Shown: positions 1-8,647, counted from the stretch's first letter. The stretch is DNA of 64,000 bases from Bacteroidales bacterium UBA4788 (GCA_002402965.1 DHGW01000002.1:24771-88770); one strand, 5' to 3'. The notes: generated from the letters alone by a model not told the origin. Numbers and translations are program-made.

Positions 1-585
1 ATCAGCATTTTCTGCCCTGCGCTTAGTGACGTTGGCATGAAGGTCAAAGGTCACGGCTATGGGTACATCAGGGCCAACAACTTCCCGCAGAGATGTGATA
101 AGGTCACCTTCAGGGTCAAACATCCCCTGTACTCCCATGGCGCCGTGGAGAGAGAGGTAAACACCGTCGACCTGCTGCTGGCTGCCTGCCGCCTTCAGAA
201 TGAGTTTCCTGATTTTTGCATAGAAGAGGCTGTCTACCGGTCCGCCCGACATTGACTTTGCCTGCAGGATCGGTACGGCTTTGATATTTCCCCTGCCGCT
301 CTTCTCAACTGCCGAGAGAAACCCTGCAAGCTGTTTATCCTCTTCTATGGCTGATGCCGGTACATCTTCTCCAAAGATAAGATGGTCAGCCTTGAAATTC
401 AGTTCAGTTGTAATGACCGGAGAGAAGCTGTTCACTTCATGCATGAACTCTGCATAAAGTATGACCTTCTGCCCTGTGGAACTGTCCCGGGGCTTTTTGT
501 CGGAACAACCGGATACAACAGAAAATGTAAGAACGGCAATGACAAAAAGGCTCAGATTGCTGCGGATGGCTGTCTTGAATTTCAT
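1..585 (-). CDS. M81/MlrC-family metallopeptidase-like lipoprotein, N-terminal part (gene runs off the window start)
   Basis: Not in the ORF track because there is no stop inside the window. The reverse-strand ATG at 583-585 opens a frame that stays open to position 1. It reads MKFKTAIRSNLSLFVIAVLTFSVVSGCSDKK (signal peptide plus lipobox), then VILYAEFMHEVNSFSP, VDGVYLSLHGAMGVQG and DPEGDLITSLREVVGPDVPIAVTFDLHANV. These resemble the conserved N-terminal block of MlrC-type peptidases as I recall it. Confidence 0.6.
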   Translation of the reverse strand, partial: MKFKTAIRSNLSLFVIAVLTFSVVSGCSDKKPRDSSTGQKVILYAEFMHEVNSFSPVITTELNFKADHLIFGEDVPASAIEEDKQLAGFLSAVEKSGRGNIKAVPILQAKSMSGGPVDSLFYAKIRKLILKAAGSQQQVDGVYLSLHGAMGVQGMFDPEGDLITSLREVVGPDVPIAVTFDLHANVTKRRAENAD

Positions 586-698
586 AATCTATCGGTATAT
601 TGAACAAAAATAGAAAAAACCTGGATTTCGACTACCGGTGACCTGGATGTTGAACAATATCAATTAATGTAGGTTATCACCATTTGAATGATGAAAAA

Positions 699-1298
699 AT
701 GAGACCAGATAAGAGGATTTTTGTGACAGTTCTGCTGCTTATGGCATCACTGGCAGCCGGGGCACAGAACTGCAGCAGTCCGTTCGGAGAAACAAGCCTG
801 GCGGCCAATAGTGCGGGAATGTATGTTCTGGGAGGCTGGGCATTGGCAAACATGGCTGCTGGCGCCTATGGCTGGGCGACATTTGAAGGGGAAAAGAAGT
901 ATTTCAGCCAGATGAACCTGTTCTGGAATGTAGTCAACCTGTCAATTGCAGGAATCGCACTGTACAGCAATTACAGCACTGACCTTTCCCTCATGGGCGA
1001 AGGCGAGCTTCTGGCGAAGCATCTTAAGACGGAAAGGCTGTTTCTCATAAACTCAGGGCTTGATGTGGGCTATATGGGAGCCGGATTTCTGCTCAGGCAT
1101 TTTTCGTCAGGTACGGAGAAGAGGGGTGATCTGCTGAAAGGGTATGGAAATGCCGTGATCCTTCAGGGCGGATTCCTGCTGGTGTTTGACATGGTGATGT
1201 ACTTTGTTATGCATGATATGAGACCAGGGAATGTTGAACCGGTTGCCTTTGCCCTTAGTTCCGGGGCTCTGGCAGCAGGAATAAGGATGAAATTCTGA
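699..1298 (+). CDS. hypothetical multi-pass membrane protein
   Basis: ORF 684..1298; the first ATG is at 699 (MRPDKRIFVTVLLLMASLAAGAQ, signal-like). Several hydrophobic segments follow. No family recognised. Confidence 0.5.
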   Translation: MRPDKRIFVTVLLLMASLAAGAQNCSSPFGETSLAANSAGMYVLGGWALANMAAGAYGWATFEGEKKYFSQMNLFWNVVNLSIAGIALYSNYSTDLSLMGEGELLAKHLKTERLFLINSGLDVGYMGAGFLLRHFSSGTEKRGDLLKGYGNAVILQGGFLLVFDMVMYFVMHDMRPGNVEPVAFALSSGALAAGIRMKF

Positions 1299-1310
1299 AG
1301 GCAGACACAA

Positions 1311-1451
1311 ATGAAGATACTCCTCACAGGAGCCACCGGGTACATAGCCAAAAGGCTGCTGCCGTCACTCCTTGCCGGGGGACATGAGGTAGTTTGCTGT
1401 GTCCGTGACACCAAACGGTTTGACACATCACATGGAAAAGACTCTATTTGA
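1311..1451 (+). pseudogene. 46-codon remnant of an NAD(P)-binding Rossmann (SDR/NmrA-like) protein
   Basis: The ATG at 1311 gives MKILLTGATGYIAKRLLPSLLAGGHEVVCCVRDTKRFDTSHGKDSI, then TGA at 1449-1451. GATGYIA plus an acidic/VR strand is the first beta-alpha-beta of extended SDR/NmrA proteins, which are normally more than 200 aa. The frame ends inside the start of the next gene. Confidence 0.45.
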
Positions 1452-2190
1452 TCTGCTGATCTGGGTATGGATCTCAGTGGCAGTGATTATCTTCATTGTT
1501 CTGCTTTTTGTCACGGCACCTTTTGGGCGGCATTCGAAGAGATCATGGGGCCTGACAATCCCTGACAGGCTCGGGTGGTTAATGATGGAGATCCCCGCAC
1601 CTCTGATCTTCCTGTTACTTGTTGCCACGGGCAGTGCACCAAAAACGCTGACTGTATGGATAATCACCGGGCTTTACCTGGCTCATTACACCAACCGTGC
1701 AATCATCTACCCTCTCAGGATAAGGACCAGGGGAAAGGAAATGCCGCTGGTGGTTGCAATAATGGCGGTCTTTTCCAATTTTGCAAATGCCGGTTTCCTG
1801 GGGTATTACACGGGGACAATGCAAACGCAATACAATGCTGCATGGCTGACTGATCCGAGATTCATCGCAGGATTGCTGATCTTCCTCTCCGGGATGGTTA
1901 TCAACCTCACATCGGATGAGAAGCTTATCCACCTCAGGAAGAAAAAGAGCAACGGATACCAGATCCCGCACGGAGGGTTGTTTGAGAAAGTCTCCTGTCC
2001 CAACTTCCTTGGCGAGATAATAGAATGGGGCGGTTACGCCATTCTCTGCTGGTCTCTCCCGGCGCTTTCGTTTTTTGTCTGGACCTTCGGCATCCTCGTA
2101 CCGAGGGCACTGTCGCACTACAGGTGTTACAGGAGTCACTTCAATGATTACCCGCCGGAAAGGAAAGCGGTTCTCCCTTTTATTTTGTAA
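1432..2190 (+). CDS. 3-oxo-5-alpha-steroid 4-dehydrogenase / polyprenol-reductase-like membrane reductase
   Basis: ORF 1399..2190 (GTG); the first ATG is at 1432 (MEKTLFDLLIWVW). The C-terminal block HLRKKKSNGYQIPHGGLFEKVSCPNFLGEIIEWGGYAI is typical of the steroid 5-alpha-reductase family. Multiple TM helices. Confidence 0.75.
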   Translation: MEKTLFDLLIWVWISVAVIIFIVLLFVTAPFGRHSKRSWGLTIPDRLGWLMMEIPAPLIFLLLVATGSAPKTLTVWIITGLYLAHYTNRAIIYPLRIRTRGKEMPLVVAIMAVFSNFANAGFLGYYTGTMQTQYNAAWLTDPRFIAGLLIFLSGMVINLTSDEKLIHLRKKKSNGYQIPHGGLFEKVSCPNFLGEIIEWGGYAILCWSLPALSFFVWTFGILVPRALSHYRCYRSHFNDYPPERKAVLPFIL

Positions 2191-2214
2191 TTTGCCACAC
2201 TAATTCGCAACGAC

Positions 2215-2958
2215 ATGAAAGAGACATATCTGAACTGGAAAGGTCGTTTCCTCTGGCTTGCCATCTTTGCAATCGCGATGGGCTTTCTGGAAGGGATCGT
2301 TGTCGTCTACCTCAGGGAGCTATATTATCCTGACGGTTTTGAATTTCCTCTCCGGCTTATGTCGTCTGAACTTGTTACGGCAGAATGGATAAGGGAGATA
2401 GCCACGCTTGTAATGCTGGCAGGAGTAGGCATTATTGCAGGCAGGAACGGACTGCAACGGCTCTTTTACACCCTCTTTGCGTTCGGGGTATGGGATATTT
2501 TCTATTATGTCGCCCTCAACATTCTGTTAGGCTGGCCGTCATCGCTCCTCACCTGGGACTTGCTTTTCCTTATACCCGTCTCATGGATGGGGCCGGTCCT
2601 TGCACCTGTGATCAACTCGCTCACCATGATACTCATGGCCCTGCTTTTCATTGGAAGACAGGAAAACAGATATTACGTCAGAATGGGTGTTTCGGACTGG
2701 ATACTCGTAATCAGCGGAGCGATTGTCATTCTTTACACCTACCTGATTGATTACTCCCGGCTTTTGCTCGATAGCGGCGTACTCTCCGCCAAGGGCTCGC
2801 CGGATGCCGGAGAGCGATTGGTTCAGATGATAACAAGTTATACGCCTGATCATTACAGGTGGCCTCTCTTCATTGCCGGTGAAGCCCTGATAGTGGCCGC
2901 AACAATAAATGTATTAATAAGAAGTCGTAAATATTCAAGAGATGAAACAGTTAACTAA
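2215..2958 (+). CDS. hypothetical integral membrane protein
   Basis: 247-aa ORF, about 6-7 hydrophobic helices, no recognisable motif. It overlaps the next gene by 17 nt. Confidence 0.55.
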   Translation: MKETYLNWKGRFLWLAIFAIAMGFLEGIVVVYLRELYYPDGFEFPLRLMSSELVTAEWIREIATLVMLAGVGIIAGRNGLQRLFYTLFAFGVWDIFYYVALNILLGWPSSLLTWDLLFLIPVSWMGPVLAPVINSLTMILMALLFIGRQENRYYVRMGVSDWILVISGAIVILYTYLIDYSRLLLDSGVLSAKGSPDAGERLVQMITSYTPDHYRWPLFIAGEALIVAATINVLIRSRKYSRDETVN

Positions 2959-5038
2959 CATTACAGCATTTATTATGCTTTTACTTGTTTTACCCGGCTG
3001 CCGCGACAGGAAGGGCGTGGATTCAGCGAGTACTGACCCTTATATCTGGCTTGAGAAGGTTCAGGACGAAAAAGCCCTCGACTGGGCCCGCACGCAGAAC
3101 AAGCTCTCTGACGAGACCCTGACCACACTACCGGTCTATACCGAACTACGCGACAGATTCATTGAGGTCTTCAACGACAGGGAGAGGATCATCTACCCAG
3201 GAGTAACGGGCGATATGTCCTATAACCTGTGGCAGGATGAGAAGAACGAGAGAGGTCTCTGGAGGAGGATGCCGAAGAAGGATTACCTCGCAGGAAAAGA
3301 CAACTGGGAGACAGTACTTGATCTTGACCTTCTCTCTGCAGAAGAGGGCAGAAAATGGGTCTTCAGCGGAGCCACATGGCTGGGGCCGGAAAACCGCTAT
3401 TGCCTTCTTCAGCTTTCTGATGGCGGAAAGGACGAGAGTGTGATACGCGAGTTTGATGCGGTGGGAAAGAAGTTCGTTGACGGCGGCTTCTCCATTGCTG
3501 AGAGCAAGGGCAGTGCAGCATGGGTTGACAAAGACCGGATTATTGTAGCAACCAATTACGGTCCCGGCACGATGACCTCATCGGGATACCCCGCAGTGGC
3601 GAAGCTGTGGAAGAGAGGGGAAGATCCTGTTTCTGCCGCCACCGTTCATCAGACAGACACTGTCAATATGGGTGTGTTTGTCAGCGGAGGAGACCACAAA
3701 GGAAAACAGTATGTATTTCTTAATGAGAGTGTTGGATTTTACGAATCTACATTGTATATGCTGACGTCTGAGGGTTTAAAGGTGATTGACATACCTAAGG
3801 ATGTTGAGACGAGAGGTATGTTCAATGAGGAGATGCTTCTTTACCTGCAGTCTGACTGGGACGTCAGCGGTGAGATCTTCAGGAGGGGAACACTGGTTAG
3901 CTTTGACCTTCTTTCGTATCTCTCAGGCAAGACGCTGGTAAAGACCATCTACGAACCCGCAGAAAGAGCAAGCCTGGCAGGTGTAATGGCAACGCGTGAC
4001 TTCATCGTGGCAGCAACCATGGAGAATGTCCAGGGCAAACTTACCATCTACCGCCCGATGGACGGGAAGTGGGCCGGCGAGACGGTCCCCGTTCCGGAAT
4101 TCGGAACGGTGGAACTAGCCGGTTCTGATGACCTGTCAAACGACTGGTTCTTCACCTTCAGCAACCCGGTCACTCCGACGACGTTATATTACTCTGACGG
4201 CAAGGAAATCAAAGCCATCAGGAAGCAAAAAGATTATTTTGATGCCTCGGGAGTTAAGGTTGACCAGTTTGAAGCCATATCCAAAGACGGAACAAAGATT
4301 CCATATTTCATCGTTCACCCTGCCGGCATGGCATTTGATGGCACTAACCCCACCCTGGTGTACGGTTACGGAGGCTTCAACAGTTCCACCCGTCCCGGTT
4401 ACAGCTCCATTATTGGCATAGGCTGGATTGAAAAGGGAGGCGTTTACGTTATGGCAAATATTCGCGGTGGCGGCGAGTTCGGGCCTGCATGGCACCAGTC
4501 GGCACTGCGTGAAAAGAGGCAGAACGCTTATGACGATTTCTTTGCGGTGGCAGAAGACCTTATCAAAAGGAACATAACCTCTCCGGAGAACATGGGTGCC
4601 TGGGGCTGGAGCAACGGCGGACTCCTTGCGGGAGTGGCCCTGACGCAGAGGCCTGACCTGTGGAATGCGGTGGCAATCGGTGCTCCGCTCCTCGACATGA
4701 AGAGGTATTCGAAACTCCTTGCCGGAGCGAGCTGGATGGATGAATATGGCAATCCGGATATGCCGGCAGACTGGGAGTTCATCAGCAAGTACTCACCCTA
4801 CCAGAATGTTAAAAAGGATGTGAAGTATCCGACTCCTCTGTTCATCACCTCAACCCTTGATGACAGGGTTCACCCGGGTCATGCCAGGAAGATGGCTGCA
4901 AAGATGATTGAGATGGGGCACCCGGTATACTATCATGAGACCATCGAGGGAGGTCACGGGGCAGCATCTACAAATGCCCAGGAGGCAGAAATCTGGGCCC
5001 TGATGTATACCTATCTTCAGTTCAAGCTGATGGATTAA
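2942..5038 (+). CDS. prolyl oligopeptidase (S9A) family serine peptidase, secreted/lipoprotein
   Basis: 698 aa. Signal plus lipobox (LVLPGC), an N-terminal propeller-sized region, and a C-terminal alpha/beta hydrolase with the GWSNGG nucleophile elbow, DDRVHP and GGHG. Confidence 0.85.
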   Translation: MKQLTNITAFIMLLLVLPGCRDRKGVDSASTDPYIWLEKVQDEKALDWARTQNKLSDETLTTLPVYTELRDRFIEVFNDRERIIYPGVTGDMSYNLWQDEKNERGLWRRMPKKDYLAGKDNWETVLDLDLLSAEEGRKWVFSGATWLGPENRYCLLQLSDGGKDESVIREFDAVGKKFVDGGFSIAESKGSAAWVDKDRIIVATNYGPGTMTSSGYPAVAKLWKRGEDPVSAATVHQTDTVNMGVFVSGGDHKGKQYVFLNESVGFYESTLYMLTSEGLKVIDIPKDVETRGMFNEEMLLYLQSDWDVSGEIFRRGTLVSFDLLSYLSGKTLVKTIYEPAERASLAGVMATRDFIVAATMENVQGKLTIYRPMDGKWAGETVPVPEFGTVELAGSDDLSNDWFFTFSNPVTPTTLYYSDGKEIKAIRKQKDYFDASGVKVDQFEAISKDGTKIPYFIVHPAGMAFDGTNPTLVYGYGGFNSSTRPGYSSIIGIGWIEKGGVYVMANIRGGGEFGPAWHQSALREKRQNAYDDFFAVAEDLIKRNITSPENMGAWGWSNGGLLAGVALTQRPDLWNAVAIGAPLLDMKRYSKLLAGASWMDEYGNPDMPADWEFISKYSPYQNVKKDVKYPTPLFITSTLDDRVHPGHARKMAAKMIEMGHPVYYHETIEGGHGAASTNAQEAEIWALMYTYLQFKLMD

Positions 5039-5103
5039 GGCCGCGGAACACATGGGACTGATCGACGGTCTGTTGATGAGTGAGCCGGCACCAGGGAGCG
5101 ACC

Positions 5104-6735
5104 CTAGGATCTTCTGAGTTTTTCAATTCTCTCCTCCTCGGTCATCTTCTCTCCCGTCTCCTGGTCAATGGCGTACCATGCACCGTTGATCAGCCTGGTG
5201 ACAATTTTGCCACAGAGATGTTTGCTGCCTGTGAAATGGGGGGTGTCGAGCAGGCCTGTTCTTACAGCCTTTTCAATAACAGCCGGGTCAGACCAGGGAT
5301 CGTCGCTTTGAGCAGCCCCAAATTCCCGGAGTGTTTTGAGAAGGATGCCTGCTTCTGCTATGAGTTCATTTTTACGGTTTTGCACAACCGGGTCGCGGGT
5401 CAGGTCCGGCATACCGTTAAGCGTGTTGTGAAGAACTCCGTGCACTATCTCGCAGCTTTCGACCAGCTCATCAGGATAAATTGCATGGTCGCCTTCGCTG
5501 TAACCCACCACGTGGATTATATGAGGCTTCATGGCAAGGCTTATAACAGCCGATGCGGCAAGCTGACCCTTGGCAAAAAGGGGATTGGATGAGAAGTGGG
5601 CGATGCCGGCACGGACTTCCCTGTAAACGGTGAAACTATTACCGGAGAGGCTTTCAATCATCTCATTTTTGGCTAGCATTTTTGCTATATCCATCTCTGC
5701 CGAAGTTCCGGGCGGATTATTGAACATATACTGGGAGACATAATGACTCACTCCTGCCCTGCTGGCGTTATAAGCTGCGAGGAAGGCCATTGCCACGGCC
5801 AGGGAGTCATGCGCATCGCGAAGGCTCCACTGGTGAGATTCATTGACCTCAACCGGTATATTTCTGTTGGCATACCATTTCATCACGTTCTGGTTTTCCC
5901 GTACGGCCTCCTCAATGGTTCTCTTTGACCTGCCGTCGATTACGCTGTACCAGCAGAGCGGTATGGCTCCCCATGCATTTCTTATTGTTTTCACGCTCAT
6001 CTCAGCCCACCTGATCAGGTCACGAGTTCCGGCATAGCATCTTACAAGCGGATAGTTGCCGCAACGGGTGCGGCTGTAGATGGCTTCCAGGTCCGCCCCG
6101 GACCGGACGGGCACACCCCCTGCGCCGTCCTGGCTGTGATCCATTTCTTCAGGATGGAAGAAGTGCTCCTGTGCGTTCTGGTCGGGTCCTATCGAGAGAA
6201 CATCAATCAGGCCTGACATGGCTATTTTCTCTGCACCCTTAATTGTCTCATCCACCGTTGGCCGTCCGAAATGGTGCCTGATAAGCGGATATGGATATTT
6301 ATGGGCAATTCGCTCAATAAGGGTATCCGCAGGTGCCCGGAGGGAGTCCGTGCCGGATGAACCACGCAGGTACTCCGTCACTGAACCAGGGGCTTCAGTT
6401 CCGTCGAATATACGCTCGAAGAGGCCTGTCCGGGCAGCCACAGCTGCCACAGGCGGCGTGCCGCCGAAGATCATGCGGCAGTTTCTGATTCCGGCATTTG
6501 CCAGTTCTCTCTCAAGCTCCCCCAGAAGCGATGCCACCGAAGCCGGGGTAAGCCGGTAACTTACTGCAACTATGTCAGGTTGTTCTTCACTTATGATCAT
6601 CACAAGCCTTTTGACAGTGACGGCAGGACCGTATGAAATGGCTTTATATCCCTCTCTCTCAGCCATCTTGAGAAAGTGGTGCAGTCCGGCAACGTGAACG
6701 CAACTGCCAAGGGCAGCGCCAATTATCTTCTTCAT
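5104..6735 (-). CDS. B12-binding-domain-like N-terminus fused to a ~400-aa mutase-E-like (TIM-barrel) domain; function unknown
   Basis: 543 aa. The N-terminus KKIIGAALGSCVHVAGLHHF ... PDIVAVSYRL ... RMIFGGTPP has the layout of a cobalamin-binding Rossmann-like domain. The remainder shows by-eye collinear similarity to glutamate mutase E (P-L-x-R-x-x-x-G-T-x-D, TIE and HQW blocks). That comparison is from memory and was not computed. Confidence 0.6.
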   Translation of the reverse strand: MKKIIGAALGSCVHVAGLHHFLKMAEREGYKAISYGPAVTVKRLVMIISEEQPDIVAVSYRLTPASVASLLGELERELANAGIRNCRMIFGGTPPVAAVAARTGLFERIFDGTEAPGSVTEYLRGSSGTDSLRAPADTLIERIAHKYPYPLIRHHFGRPTVDETIKGAEKIAMSGLIDVLSIGPDQNAQEHFFHPEEMDHSQDGAGGVPVRSGADLEAIYSRTRCGNYPLVRCYAGTRDLIRWAEMSVKTIRNAWGAIPLCWYSVIDGRSKRTIEEAVRENQNVMKWYANRNIPVEVNESHQWSLRDAHDSLAVAMAFLAAYNASRAGVSHYVSQYMFNNPPGTSAEMDIAKMLAKNEMIESLSGNSFTVYREVRAGIAHFSSNPLFAKGQLAASAVISLAMKPHIIHVVGYSEGDHAIYPDELVESCEIVHGVLHNTLNGMPDLTRDPVVQNRKNELIAEAGILLKTLREFGAAQSDDPWSDPAVIEKAVRTGLLDTPHFTGSKHLCGKIVTRLINGAWYAIDQETGEKMTEEERIEKLRRS

Positions 6736-6758
6736 TTTTCTTTTTATTTATACCAGGT

Positions 6759-7868
6759 TCATTTACCGGCTTCGCCGATTGCAATGAGCCTCAGAGATCT
6801 GACGCTCATGCCGGCGATGCCGAGATTCTCAACCGTACGGCCGGATGACAGGTAATCGGTTGCATTGATTATGGATCCCATCATTATGATTGAATCCATT
6901 ACATCGGTTTTTACCCCCAGCATTTTTCCCAGGGATGCCATGGGTACAATACTGTACGGGATATCCTCCTCCAGGTACCTGACTTTCAGTGATCTTGGGG
7001 CAAGGATGCCGCGGTAGCCCGAGTTTTTCCGCATTGATTCGTAGAGCGAGTCTCCTGTGGTGCTGTAAGCCATATATAGCCACTGTCTTGCAGTGATTGC
7101 CCGTATGCCGAGAGCCTCTGCCACCCTGACGCGTTCGTCGTCTATATGCTCAAGGATTTTTGCCACTGAGGGGGTTACACCCTCATGGTAAAACTGAAAA
7201 TCGACATCATTTTCTATCCATCCGGCATTCATCACGCAGAGAGCCGGGTGAAACACACTTCCAACATTCTCAAAGCTGGTTTTGAATATATTGTCGCCTG
7301 GCACAAATTGTGGGTAAAAGCGTCGCAATTGTTCTATGACCCTGGGTATCTTATGAGCCCTGACCGAGGCCACCGGGATCGAGTGTTTTATTCTGAAGAT
7401 ATGAACCTGGGAGGGTCCTGTAGCCCTTGATGCATAGATGAATGTCTGTGCCTCGGCGATAATTACGTCAGCGGTGACCCCGTTAGCTGTCAGTACCTGT
7501 CTGAACTCAAGCGCGCCCATTGTCCTGCCGGGGTGGAGGACGATTATCTGGCCGTCGACAAGGTAAGGGGCCATCTGTTCCGCCATCCAACGGTGTCCGA
7601 AGGCTGGCACAACCACCATAATCATTTCAACGCCCCTGATGGCCTCTTCCATTGAAGTTGTAGCCATATTCAGTTCGCCGAATCCTTCAACCTCACCAGT
7701 CATCTCTATGGCACCAGAGGATCTTACACCCCACAGTCTCTCCTCTCCCCTGTTGAAGAGATTAACCCTGTGGCCCATAAAGGAAAGGTGGGCTGCCATT
7801 GCCATGCCGCCATGACCCGCTCCGAGTACGGCTACATTGTCTCCTCCTGTCCTTCCTGCATTGAACAT
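6759..7868 (-). CDS. NAD(P)-dependent opine (octopine/nopaline) dehydrogenase family oxidoreductase
   Basis: 369 aa. N-terminal VAVLGAGHGGMAMAAHLSFMGHRVNLFNR (GxGxxG Rossmann). The size and the helical C-terminal half are typical of the opine-DH / ApbA-like family. It lies 23 nt upstream of the B12-like gene on the same strand. Confidence 0.7.
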   Translation of the reverse strand: MFNAGRTGGDNVAVLGAGHGGMAMAAHLSFMGHRVNLFNRGEERLWGVRSSGAIEMTGEVEGFGELNMATTSMEEAIRGVEMIMVVVPAFGHRWMAEQMAPYLVDGQIIVLHPGRTMGALEFRQVLTANGVTADVIIAEAQTFIYASRATGPSQVHIFRIKHSIPVASVRAHKIPRVIEQLRRFYPQFVPGDNIFKTSFENVGSVFHPALCVMNAGWIENDVDFQFYHEGVTPSVAKILEHIDDERVRVAEALGIRAITARQWLYMAYSTTGDSLYESMRKNSGYRGILAPRSLKVRYLEEDIPYSIVPMASLGKMLGVKTDVMDSIIMMGSIINATDYLSSGRTVENLGIAGMSVRSLRLIAIGEAGK

Positions 7869-7944
7869 GATAATCTGATTGTTGCGTCACATCAGCAATT
7901 TAAGAAAATCTCAGAAACAAGAAAAGAAAAGTATTATAAAAGTG

Positions 7945-7976
7945 GAAGACTGCCGGTTGGGGCTCCGGCAGTCTTC
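7945..7976 (-). terminator. intrinsic-terminator-like hairpin in the 5-prime leader of the opine-DH operon (attenuator, or terminator of an unannotated minus-strand RNA)
   Basis: Perfect 12-bp stem GAAGACTGCCGG / CCGGCAGTCTTC with an 8-nt loop. On the minus strand it is followed by CACUUUUAUAAUACUUUUCUUUUC. It sits 77 nt upstream of the ATG at 7868. Confidence 0.45.
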
Positions 7977-8251
7977 GCTGCATTAAAACGGACTTATGGA
8001 AAGAAAGAAAGAATCTATGTCTTTCATATCACCGGTTTTGTTCCGCTTGCAGGACTAAACCGGCGATGAAATATAGAAAACTGATTATGAAGATTTGATG
8101 AAGAAAATCCTGGTGGTCACTTTATAACGCTTTAACCGGTTCCTTTACTGGCAAAGGAAAGGCTTAAGTGATATTTTATTCATTCCATAGCAGGGGTATA
8201 AAATTTTTATATATTTAAAGAGCCTGATTTCAGTAGTTTAACCTAAACTCT

Positions 8252-8602
8252 TTGACTATGACCAGAAAAATACCAGCTCTTATTGTGCTTCTGTATCTGA
8301 TGATCATGTCGGTTTCCTGCGGCGGCCGAAAGAGCACCAAACTGAATGAGGCTCCGGAGTCAGCAGCAGTGATTACAACAGTTGATCTTTCCATTGAAGG
8401 TATGACCTGTACTGGTTGCGAAAACACAATTTGCACCAGCCTGGAGAAGATCCCGGGAGTAAAATCAGTGACAGCATCGCACACTGACGGAAAAGCCACC
8501 ATCGAGTTTGAGCAGGGGAAAGTGGATACAGCCACCCTGAAGGAGGCTGTTGATGCTGCCGGGTACAAGGCGCTTAAGGTAACAACCGGCACCGATCAAT
8601 AA
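8252..8602 (+). CDS. heavy-metal-associated (HMA) domain lipoprotein, CopZ/MerP-like metallochaperone
   Basis: 116 aa. Signal plus lipobox (MSVSCGG) and the canonical GMTCTGCENT metal-binding loop, followed by a ferredoxin-like fold. Confidence 0.8.
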   Translation: MTMTRKIPALIVLLYLMIMSVSCGGRKSTKLNEAPESAAVITTVDLSIEGMTCTGCENTICTSLEKIPGVKSVTASHTDGKATIEFEQGKVDTATLKEAVDAAGYKALKVTTGTDQ

Positions 8603-8647
8603 GTCCGCCAACATCAGACACATCTTTTAATCTCAAGCTGATTACCC

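Noticed and set aside
7770-8069. 99-aa plus-strand ORF spanning the start of the opine-DH gene and the intergenic region.
   Set aside because: It overlaps the 5-prime end of a well-supported gene in antisense. It has no recognisable motif and runs through the terminator-like hairpin.
7869-8250. A cobalamin riboswitch might sit upstream of the B12-domain operon.
   Set aside because: I could not find a B12-box-like core or the usual GC-rich multi-stem junction on the minus strand, only two simple hairpins. It is kept as a generic leader/attenuator candidate pending an Rfam scan.
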